This document shows positions 45,618-54,246 of a DNA stretch of 64,000 nt, piece after piece. A program made the translations under genes and the position numbers. Origin of the DNA: a virus; IMG/VR virus record IMGVR_UViG_3300035661_000053, positions 8,278 to 72,277 of that record; one strand, 5' to 3'. Within the stretch, counting starts at the first letter, position 1; each line of letters begins with the position of its first letter. Below the pieces are notes generated by a model. The model was not told the DNA's origin, did not search any database, and saw only the letters and a program-made list of their open reading frames with translations.

Positions 45618-47264
45618 TTATCTCCAAAAATTTTTATCAAATTGGCTTACGGAATATATGGAATCTTGTGTCTCTAAAGCTATATCATCTATTTTTGTCT
45701 CAACACCATACACTGCCAAAGCAAGTGAATCAGGGTAGTCATCATGACCCTGCTCGGATGAATGATTCACTACAAGATAACCGTTCTTCACATTCTTTGT
45801 CATATTTGAAAGTTGTGTTATAAAATTTTTCCATTTCCGCAATTGCTTCGCGCCTGAAGAATTTGGAAAGGTTAACCTTTTGGCAAGAAGCTCCTTATAC
45901 AACAACGAGTACATGGTTGACTTTGACTGCGTGCTGAAAACAAAAGGCATCACATTTTTCGAGCTATACTTATTCTTCAGCCTGTCAAACATGGGAGCAC
46001 CAACACCCGTGGCATCAACAACAAGGGTGTCCCATTTATAGTTATCTATGAATTCACAAATTTGATAGAACTGCGCGTCATAATCGTCACCACTAAGCTC
46101 CAACCAGTTCTTTATTTTTTTATCATGGCGCAAAAGCCTGCTATCAGAGTCAATGAGTATAGGGTTATCCCAATCAACCTCCAGAACAGTTACGACAGTG
46201 CTATCAAACTTTTTAGCAATGTCAACACCGATAACGTGTACTTTTTTGCGATCAAAAGGGGCAGTATAAAAGTCGCCACCTAAAGAAAGCAAGTACTCCT
46301 CGGTAACAAACATACCAGACTCGATGAGCCATTTCAAACAGTAGCTCATTTGAAACTCATCAGAAAATTCACCAAGCTTTTCTTTTTCCTTCTCCACGTA
46401 CCTGCGATAATACTTGTTGTATTTCCCGGCGAGAATATAATCAACCTCGTAATGATTCTTATGCGCGCGCTTTTTATTCATATCCTTGTCTTTATTCATT
46501 TTTATGATGTCATAAAAATAAGACTTCTCAGTATGCACAGAGCCAAGATGTACAGTAGTTCCCAATGTTGAAGAGAGCATGGGTGAAATGGATTTCTTCA
46601 ATATCGTGTCATTCATCAATTGAGTTTCATCAGTAACAACCAAATGATACGTGTCACCTTCAATAGCAACACGGGGGTCTGCGGATTTTACTTTGATAAT
46701 AGAATTGTGCGGGAGCGCGGACAAATAATAGCTAAGCCTTTCTGGAAAACGCATACCAATATCAGGGTCAGAAAGTATTTCCCGTGCCTCATCCCTCTTG
46801 AAGATATTATTCACCTTGTTGCCGATAATAGCTGAACGGTCATAGTCAGGGGCGTACACGCCCGTGAAGAATCCCTTTTCAAATCTTATTATATGTGTTC
46901 TGATTTCCTGCTCACGAAATAACCTTCCCAAAATAGGGAAAAGAACACTCATGGCGACTATTAAGCCGGATATGCCTGTACTTTTGCCGGACTGCCGAGA
47001 GAACAATTGCGTGATAGTTTCGCCATCAGCAATAATCAAAGAGTAAAGAATCCTTTGGTTAACCTCACGTTGATAGGGGTAAAAAGGAAAACCTTGAAGC
47101 AACTCCGCGAATTTTATAATAGCGTCAACTATCTTTTGCATGGTTAAGCGATCAAGCTTTAAGGCATTAATTTTCGCCTTATCAAGTATCTCCTCATCAC
47201 TCAATTTTTGAGAAAAGGAGGATTCCATTTTCTGCGCGTCAGGTGTTTTTGATGTTTTAGCCAT
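45618..47264 (-). CDS. terL: Terminase large subunit
   Basis: YQ motif, SRQSGKS Walker A, VVTDE Walker B, GVDIA, VDATGVG, HDDYPDS nuclease motifs. Confidence 0.93.
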   Translation of the reverse strand: MAKTSKTPDAQKMESSFSQKLSDEEILDKAKINALKLDRLTMQKIVDAIIKFAELLQGFPFYPYQREVNQRILYSLIIADGETITQLFSRQSGKSTGISGLIVAMSVLFPILGRLFREQEIRTHIIRFEKGFFTGVYAPDYDRSAIIGNKVNNIFKRDEAREILSDPDIGMRFPERLSYYLSALPHNSIIKVKSADPRVAIEGDTYHLVVTDETQLMNDTILKKSISPMLSSTLGTTVHLGSVHTEKSYFYDIIKMNKDKDMNKKRAHKNHYEVDYILAGKYNKYYRRYVEKEKEKLGEFSDEFQMSYCLKWLIESGMFVTEEYLLSLGGDFYTAPFDRKKVHVIGVDIAKKFDSTVVTVLEVDWDNPILIDSDSRLLRHDKKIKNWLELSGDDYDAQFYQICEFIDNYKWDTLVVDATGVGAPMFDRLKNKYSSKNVMPFVFSTQSKSTMYSLLYKELLAKRLTFPNSSGAKQLRKWKNFITQLSNMTKNVKNGYLVVNHSSEQGHDDYPDSLALAVYGVETKIDDIALETQDSIYSVSQFDKNFWR

Positions 47265-47279
47265 TATTTTATTTTTTTG

Positions 47280-47522
47280 TTATATATAAATATAACAAAA
47301 TTTCTGTAGAACTGGATACTGATTTATCGTGTCATAGTATTTTTTATGCTCCAAGCATTCCCTTTTCAAAAGAAAGTTCACGTCATCAATTTCACAACCG
47401 AGGACACCCACGGAACCCTGAACGTAATCCACCTTCTCCAAAATAGCATGGTCTTTCTTCTTGGGATGTCTGAGGAGTTTTCTACCTCGGCAATTCTCTT
47501 GTGATTTTATCATTAGCATCAT
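47280..47522 (-). CDS. Hypothetical protein
   Basis: 80-aa ORF upstream of terL; no recognisable motif. Confidence 0.3.
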   Translation of the reverse strand: MMLMIKSQENCRGRKLLRHPKKKDHAILEKVDYVQGSVGVLGCEIDDVNFLLKRECLEHKKYYDTINQYPVLQKFCYIYI

Positions 47523-47743
47523 TCGTTATTGCTGCGGGGTAAATTGTTGCGAAATGTATTCGCTTATTTAATCCCTAAATTTAGTCTCAAATACCTTCAG
47601 AAACGTCGGCGAAGCCTCTGATTTTTTCGGCAGAAAAAATCAGACCTCAAAACCATGTTTTCAGCATTAATACGTAGTATTAATGCGTTATTATTATTAT
47701 AAGTAATTAATAGTTGCAGGTTTCCCGTAAACGGAAAACCCGT

Positions 47744-48079
47744 TTACGGCTTATGTTTTTCATGTTGTGGAACCTCGAAAATTGTATAGTTATAACCGTT
47801 GAATTTGTTCTGGCTCGTTCTTAGTTGTTTTCTTTGCATGTAACCGAGATCAATTAATTCATTTATCGCGCTTAGTATACTTTCCCTGCCATCACGGAAA
47901 TGCTTTTGTAGTTCCGATACATAGAGTACCCAAGTGTCAGGCAAAGACATACAATAGCAGTGTAGTCCCTTTGCTTTAAGAGAGAGACGGTTATCCCGTA
48001 GAGCATGGTTATTAATAATCGAAAAGCCTTCTGTGTGCTTTACCCGGATAATAGTTTTCCCTTTATTAATTTTTTTCAT
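47744..48079 (-). pseudogene. Phage replication-initiator-like wHTH protein, apparently cut by an in-frame stop
   Basis: FSIINN...DNRLSLKAKGL...SLPDTW...DGRESI...ELIDLGY. After the TAA the frame continues TGFPFTGNLQLLIT, the linker typical of this family. Confidence 0.6.
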
Positions 48080-48504
48080 CTCTTGTTCTCCATAATCCGT
48101 GCAAAAACAAGACCACCATTAAGAACGTGGGTGTATTCTTCAGGTTGATACATTAGGAGAAGAGGAATAAGCTGGAAGTGTAGTTCGTTAATTTCTTTCT
48201 GCATAAGATAGCTCCTTTGAAAAGTGTTAGTGAATTCTTATCGAAGTATGGTTGCTAATATAATAAAAGTCCCTCCCAATCCAAAAGTAGGGAGGGACAA
48301 AAAGGCTTCATTAGAGCCGTTTTAAGCGAGGAAAAGGATTTTTTGGGGTATTTCCTCGCCTGAGCCTTTTTTAGGGGCTTTTTGCCCCATAAATGGTCGT
48401 TTTACGGGCATTTAAGAGGGCTATTTGAGGTACTTTTTGCCAGATAGACCGGAAAACGTGCCATAACGTGCTTTTTATATAGAAAAATATATATAATTTC
48501 TTAT

Positions 48505-48750
48505 TCACGATGCCATCAGATAAGGAGCAAAAAAACAACCTTGTCTAATGGCTTTGTAGCCCGATAAATTAGCAGCCACAGTAATAACAGCGCAGCCTAA
48601 AAGATAAGTTGCTTTGGCATCGTTTGATGCGCGCTCCGCGATGCCACGCGTTTTATTAGCTATAGAAATAATCATGTCTTTGTTTTCTTTCTTTTGCTTT
48701 CTTTCTTCCACGCGCGACTGCTTCCTTGTTAGCAATTTTTTTGCAATCAT
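48505..48750 (-). CDS. Hypothetical protein
   Basis: Overlaps 48656..48931 (CxxC...CxxC); which frame is real is uncertain. Confidence 0.3.
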   Translation of the reverse strand: MIAKKLLTRKQSRVEERKQKKENKDMIISIANKTRGIAERASNDAKATYLLGCAVITVAANLSGYKAIRQGCFFAPYLMAS

Positions 48751-48828
48751 TGCAGTATTTACTTTTTACATCACCAGTGCAACTTTTTCTGCATATTGCA
48801 CATTTGTATTCTACTGACCGATCAGTTT

Positions 48829-49206
48829 TCAGAGTAATTTGCATAGAAACCTTAGTATTATTTGGTAGGATATTGAGAACCATTTGTACTGCCATTCCGA
48901 GTACATAATTTCTAAAAACCAAGAGGCGCACTCAAAATAAATGACCCACCATTTCCAAGCACCATTTGAATCATGCATAAAGAAGTCTTGTCCTATATGC
49001 AAGTTCCAGAGTGGTATCCAATAGCAGTACCAAGTGTGATGAGCCCATTTGTAAAATCTATCCCAATCTTTTGGGTCTTTTTGAAAGAGCCTTCCTAAGT
49101 CCGGGGTCATAGATATAACACAAGCAACACCCAGTATAAGAATGTTGCTTGTGAATAGACGAGTTAGCAGGAGTCCTTGTACCCCGTGCTGCGGCGTTGA
49201 TGCCAT
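48829..49206 (-). CDS. Membrane protein, possible metal-dependent hydrolase-like
   Basis: H near the N-terminus, SMTPD, HH, LHIGQD..H pattern with hydrophobic segments. Confidence 0.5.
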   Translation of the reverse strand: MASTPQHGVQGLLLTRLFTSNILILGVACVISMTPDLGRLFQKDPKDWDRFYKWAHHTWYCYWIPLWNLHIGQDFFMHDSNGAWKWWVIYFECASWFLEIMYSEWQYKWFSISYQIILRFLCKLL

Positions 49207-49222
49207 TAGTTTATTGATGCCA

Positions 49223-50065
49223 TTAGTTTATTGGTGGCGTACTTGATACATCAGGTGGCTTTATCATCGGGGTAGGGGGTGGAGCAGTCGCAGCACCATT
49301 TCCTTTTATTTCCACTGGTGAAGTATTAACTGGATGATGAACCGGTCGTTTCGTGGGTGCGGTTTTTGTTGAGTCAACCTGCATTGCTTGTGGTACGGGT
49401 ATTTTTTTTGTTTTTACTGGCATTGTTGGTGTTCCTTGTAATGGTATTTGACAACCGAGCAATCGCTGAATATTTGTTATATCTGTTTCTGTTTTACGCG
49501 TCTGTTTTGTATTGTCATAGATTGTACAGTGTAATATAGCATTATTTGACAACGATTGCACTACTCTCCAATAATGTCTTGGAAGGAGAATTCGTATGTC
49601 ACTATAATAATATGTAAGGATGCAATCTTGGTAGCTTATTCCAGCAATGATCCATAAACTATCAGATTGACTTTCTTGCCGATTTAGAGATTCATCAAGT
49701 TTCCATATTATTCGGTTAAGGTTTGGTGTTAGAGGCACCGCATCGTAGTATTTAAAAGTGCTATTCGTTAAAGCGCATGAGTCTGCAAAATCCTGAATGC
49801 CTGCTAAATGACCCCTATCATAGCCGAGGATTGCGCGGTTTATATTTGCTGCGATGTAAGTATTCGTGTCTACTTGAAAGCCCATAGTATCACGGTTACA
49901 TGAGTCGCTCGCGTGCCAAAGCTTGAAGGTTACGAAAACTGGAATTTGGTATTTCCTGTTGTAATAGGATTTGTAGCTGCCCCGGTCGATCACCGTATCA
50001 TAGGGTGCTTGCGCGAATGCGCTGAACAGCAAGAGGATTGAGAAAATGAATGTTTGGAGTTTCAT
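49223..50065 (-). CDS. Secreted DNA/RNA non-specific endonuclease (NucA/EndA family)
   Basis: Signal peptide MKLQTFIFSILLLFSAFA; YDRGHLA active site; LNRIIWKLDE; Pro/Thr-rich tail. Confidence 0.85.
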   Translation of the reverse strand: MKLQTFIFSILLLFSAFAQAPYDTVIDRGSYKSYYNRKYQIPVFVTFKLWHASDSCNRDTMGFQVDTNTYIAANINRAILGYDRGHLAGIQDFADSCALTNSTFKYYDAVPLTPNLNRIIWKLDESLNRQESQSDSLWIIAGISYQDCILTYYYSDIRILLPRHYWRVVQSLSNNAILHCTIYDNTKQTRKTETDITNIQRLLGCQIPLQGTPTMPVKTKKIPVPQAMQVDSTKTAPTKRPVHHPVNTSPVEIKGNGAATAPPPTPMIKPPDVSSTPPIN

Positions 50066-50108
50066 AGAGTTTCCTTTTATTTATTGAATAAGCTCATTAG
50101 AACCAAAA

Positions 50109-50378
50109 TTAAAGATCAAGAATTTTCGTGGATACAAACAAGGCATCAAATTTTTCCCGGGTGACAGGTATTTTATCGAGGGTGGAAAAAGTAAGAATGC
50201 CTGTCTTCGAAGTAACCTTGTTATCATAATGAACAAAAGAGTTTTTAGTTATTGCAAAATAACCTTTTCTTTCGCGCATAACAACAGGATTTTCGTGGAA
50301 AGCAACGTTTTTCATAATTGATCCTAAACATTTTAGTATCGTTTTTTGAATACTTCTGGATTGAAAAAGATTTGGCAT
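50109..50378 (-). CDS. Hypothetical protein
   Basis: Co-oriented ORF. Confidence 0.4.
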   Translation of the reverse strand: MPNLFQSRSIQKTILKCLGSIMKNVAFHENPVVMRERKGYFAITKNSFVHYDNKVTSKTGILTFSTLDKIPVTREKFDALFVSTKILDL

Positions 50379-50680
50379 TTTATTTCTTCTTCAATTTTAC
50401 TAATAGCATCCCGGTGCGCACGTTTTAACTACAGCACCGTTTTCTTTTTTCTTTTGCTCAAAAGAAGGCGAATCGAGTTTTTCACCGCTATCAAGATGAA
50501 TAGGCGTGATAGCCTGAAACTCAAAGTAGACAATTTTCTTTTCATTTCTGCCATATTGCAATTGAGTTTGCTTCATTTTTAATCATCTGCCTTAATGAAA
50601 ATGTTGCTTAATAATCTGCCGTTCTTTCTCTTTTAATAAACGTGCAACTTACGAAATCTATTTTTGTAGCAGTTTCATTT

Positions 50681-51529
50681 TTATTCATTATCATCTCCGT
50701 CCATAAATGATAATGTGTCATTATTATTCACGGGTAAATAATTAGTCCAAAGAGCTTCTCTTTTTTCTGCTTTTGAAGAATTTATCTTTTTTAATGGACC
50801 AAACGAGACATTCCAGTCTCCGTATAGCTCCGACATTAAGTCACACTCATAACCAGAAACAGCAACCTTTCCTTTAGCTGAATGCAAAGCTTTTGATAAC
50901 TCTTTATGGTCGGGATTCTTCATTTCATATTTATAAGCATTTGAATCTGATCTTGATTCGTGAGGGTATGGTGGGTCGCAATAAAAAAGAGTATCCGGGC
51001 TATCAAATCTTTCTATAACTTCGAGCGCGGGTCTATGTTCGATTTGAACTCTTAGTAATCTTTGTGAAATTTCTGATAAACCCTCAACACTTCCAAGCCA
51101 TCTAGAAACAGCACCCGCCATTCCCGCTCTACTAGTCAAAAGACAGTGCGCCCATCGACCACCACTTGCCTTTTGAGCGAGTCCGGTTCTGACCTGTCTG
51201 GCTCTAATAAAAAATCGTCTAGCCCTCTCCATTTCGCTTATATCAGCATCTATCGTTGAGGAAAGTTCAAATTCTTCTCTAGAAAAAGGAGTCAGTCCAA
51301 TTTTTTCTATTAATTCATCCTTATGGTCACGCAACACTTCAAAAAAATTTGTTATGTCGCTGTCTAGATCATTAAAGGTTTCAATCGGGGAGGGCATTCT
51401 ATTTAAAATAACAGCGGCTGAACCACCAAATGGTTCACAATAGTGGAGTGTTTTTGGTAATAATGGTAATAGCCACTCCAAATGACTGAATTTGCCACCG
51501 TACCAACCAAAAGCTATTTTTTTTGTCAT
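50681..51529 (-). CDS. DNA adenine methyltransferase (Dam/D12 class)
   Basis: WYGGK, EPFGGS, FND, YCDPPY. Confidence 0.92.
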   Translation of the reverse strand: MTKKIAFGWYGGKFSHLEWLLPLLPKTLHYCEPFGGSAAVILNRMPSPIETFNDLDSDITNFFEVLRDHKDELIEKIGLTPFSREEFELSSTIDADISEMERARRFFIRARQVRTGLAQKASGGRWAHCLLTSRAGMAGAVSRWLGSVEGLSEISQRLLRVQIEHRPALEVIERFDSPDTLFYCDPPYPHESRSDSNAYKYEMKNPDHKELSKALHSAKGKVAVSGYECDLMSELYGDWNVSFGPLKKINSSKAEKREALWTNYLPVNNNDTLSFMDGDDNE

Positions 51530-51656
51530 AAAACTCCTAAAATTAAATACAAATACAACCTTTTAAGAAAAATAAGTTAAAAACAAGAATATTTGACAGT
51601 TTTTTATCATGTATAAAATGAATTTACAAGGGACAGAAAACAGTACCATTGGTTAA

Positions 51657-54245
51657 TCAAAAAACTCGATTGTCCATTTTCGAATATATGGTACTACCAA
51701 TCAGAGTGGTCGCCTTTTCGCTATTGATGAGTCTTGATACCTCCCTTATAAAACTCTCTGGATTTATCCTGAAATTCGCGAACGTTGATTTTTTTATTCC
51801 CTGCAAAATCTTCACAACTGTTTTGCGGGTTAAATTGGTTTCCTTGACAATTTTGGTGATAAGATCATATTTAAGAGCACCCAGTAAAGACCCCGTTCTT
51901 TTGACAACGTTTTTCTTTTTCGTCATGCTTTCGCCTGATTTTAGACTGGATTCATCAATCTGATCTTTTTGTTCTCCTTCTGTAATTATTACAAGAGCCT
52001 CTTTCACTTCTAATTTGGTATCAAGCGCGTTAATAACCTTTTCAATCAGTTCTTCGCTATTAAAATCAACCTCATAAATTGTTTTTGCTTCAATCCTGTT
52101 CCATAAGTCTTGGGATTCCTTCTTCACGAAGTTAGAGTTAGCTTGTAATGCCACTTCATTAATGTTGTTTTCTTTCTCGTTATCAGCAGCCTTAAAATTA
52201 GCCGTGGTATAAATACTTTGTATTAAGTCAATTACTGCCTCTTTGAAGTCCATTAATTCTTCAGGAAGTTCGACTCTATCCACTTCAACGTCTTCAATAA
52301 ATTGGTCAGTAATTTTGTATTCTTTATCCACGTACCCCTTTATCCTGAAGGTAAGAATCAAATCCATTGCCTTCTGATTGTCAAATACAAGTTTTTTTCC
52401 TTCCCTATTCTTCAGAATATGACCAACCAATATACCTGTGGTTAATTTAGTGGGTCTCTCGGAAAGAGATTCCACAATTTCCTTTTGCAGATCACGGGCG
52501 AAACTATCATAAGACTCACTGGCAATAACGGTAAGCGTGTTAAAATTGAAAAATTCGTGCCCTAATACAGAATAATCCATTCGTTCCCCGGTATTATTGA
52601 CACAAATTCGCAAGCCCCTGCCTATTTCCTGCCTCTTACTAATCGTGGACTGGCTATGCTTAAGTGTGCAAATTTGGAATATATTCGGGTTGTCCCAGCC
52701 CTCCCGAAGAGCAGAATGAGAAAAGATAAATCTTGTTGGCTCACCCAAGCTTAACAACCGCTCTTTGTTCTTCATTATCAGTTCGTAGGCGCCCCCATCG
52801 TCACTTCCACCTTCGGTTTTCTTTTCGGTAGAGTCAATAAATTGTCCTTTTTTATCAATTGAGAAATATCCCTCGTGTATTTCTTCTACAGAATGAAGAT
52901 TCAGGTAATCATTATAATCTTTTTCAAACGGGCTTTGCTCTTGTATCGCCTTTCTGTATTCATCTTCAAATATCAACGCGTATTCACCCTTTAACGGGTT
53001 GTTATTATCATCATAGGCCCGGTATTTGGCTACTTCATCAATGAAGAATAATGACAATACCTTAATCCCCTTCCGGTAGAGCATTCTTTCTTTTTCGATA
53101 TGAGATTTTATCGTTTCCCGTATCTGGATTCTTCTCACGTGTTCCTCGTCAACATCTCCAATGGTTTGCCCTGCATGAATTTCAACCCCGTTGGTAAACA
53201 CGACCCTGTTTTTCAGCCCATTAATTTCTCTAACAATAAAACCCTTGTATTGAGCTAATTTACCAGAGTGCTGATATAAGTCATCCTTTTCCGAAATATG
53301 CTTAATTACTTTTTTTATCCCAGTTTTTTGATTAACCTCCATTTCAATGAATGCGGTTGGATAATGCTTTGAACTTATTTGTACCCGATCCAGAAACAGA
53401 TAACTGTTTGTGCCACTATTCCTTATGACTTCAATCCCTTTTACGTTTATCCTTTTCACAAGTTTCTGATTATACGCGTCAATTGCATCGAGGCGGTAAA
53501 TTTTATTGTAATCTCTTTTATGTGTAGCGGAATAGCGAAGATTAAAGAGCGGGTTAAATTCATGAAGAAGCGATTCCGCTTTGTCTCCAAAGCGCTGTGG
53601 CTCATCAATAATAAGTATCGGGCGAGCCCTTTTGATTATATCTATCGGTTTTTCAGACTGAATACTATCTAACTTTTGATAGATTTTCCGAGATTCTTTG
53701 CTTTTCGTGGCAAATGCCTGGTAATTCATTATAATTACTTCTATGTTAGAAGTATTAGCAAAGTTCTTGATATTCACCAGGTTGGATTTGTTCCGCGCGT
53801 TGTAAATAGTAAAGCGAATCTTTTTCCCGTAAATTTCCTGAAAATGATCGGCTGTAATTTCCAGAGACTTATGAACGCCCTCTCGAATTGCAATAGAAGG
53901 AACCATTATGATGAATTTACTCCATCCGTAATGAGCATTTAATTCATACATGGTTTTGGTGTAGACATAAGTTTTACCCGTCCCGGTCTCCATTTCAATG
54001 GTGAAGTTCATCCCCTCTAATGCCTTATTGACCTTTAACCCCTGATCCTTCTGAACCTCCCGAATGTTTTTAAGTAGTTCCTCGGGGGTTAGATTCAGTT
54101 TTTTATTTGAAAATATTTCATCGCCGAATAACCCGTGTCTTCTGACAAGTTCTTCGCGTTTCCCTTTGGACTGACCAATGAAACAGTTAACTACTGCCAT
54201 TGTTGCATCAAACTGATATTGTTGCTGCTTGAATTTTAATTTCAT
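51657..54245 (-). CDS. res: Type III restriction Res subunit, C-terminally truncated
   Basis: METGTGKT, IIDEPQ, RYSATH, SHSALREGWDNPN, QEIGRGLR. Ends shortly after INSEKATT with no PD...ETK nuclease domain. Confidence 0.88.
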   Translation of the reverse strand: MKLKFKQQQYQFDATMAVVNCFIGQSKGKREELVRRHGLFGDEIFSNKKLNLTPEELLKNIREVQKDQGLKVNKALEGMNFTIEMETGTGKTYVYTKTMYELNAHYGWSKFIIMVPSIAIREGVHKSLEITADHFQEIYGKKIRFTIYNARNKSNLVNIKNFANTSNIEVIIMNYQAFATKSKESRKIYQKLDSIQSEKPIDIIKRARPILIIDEPQRFGDKAESLLHEFNPLFNLRYSATHKRDYNKIYRLDAIDAYNQKLVKRINVKGIEVIRNSGTNSYLFLDRVQISSKHYPTAFIEMEVNQKTGIKKVIKHISEKDDLYQHSGKLAQYKGFIVREINGLKNRVVFTNGVEIHAGQTIGDVDEEHVRRIQIRETIKSHIEKERMLYRKGIKVLSLFFIDEVAKYRAYDDNNNPLKGEYALIFEDEYRKAIQEQSPFEKDYNDYLNLHSVEEIHEGYFSIDKKGQFIDSTEKKTEGGSDDGGAYELIMKNKERLLSLGEPTRFIFSHSALREGWDNPNIFQICTLKHSQSTISKRQEIGRGLRICVNNTGERMDYSVLGHEFFNFNTLTVIASESYDSFARDLQKEIVESLSERPTKLTTGILVGHILKNREGKKLVFDNQKAMDLILTFRIKGYVDKEYKITDQFIEDVEVDRVELPEELMDFKEAVIDLIQSIYTTANFKAADNEKENNINEVALQANSNFVKKESQDLWNRIEAKTIYEVDFNSEELIEKVINALDTKLEVKEALVIITEGEQKDQIDESSLKSGESMTKKKNVVKRTGSLLGALKYDLITKIVKETNLTRKTVVKILQGIKKSTFANFRINPESFIREVSRLINSEKATTLIGSTIYSKMDNRVF

Positions 54246-54246
54246 T

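Noticed and set aside
47744-47746. Stop-codon reassignment to explain the in-frame TAA
   Set aside because: TAA, TAG and TGA all terminate well-defined genes in this window and coding density is high under the standard code.
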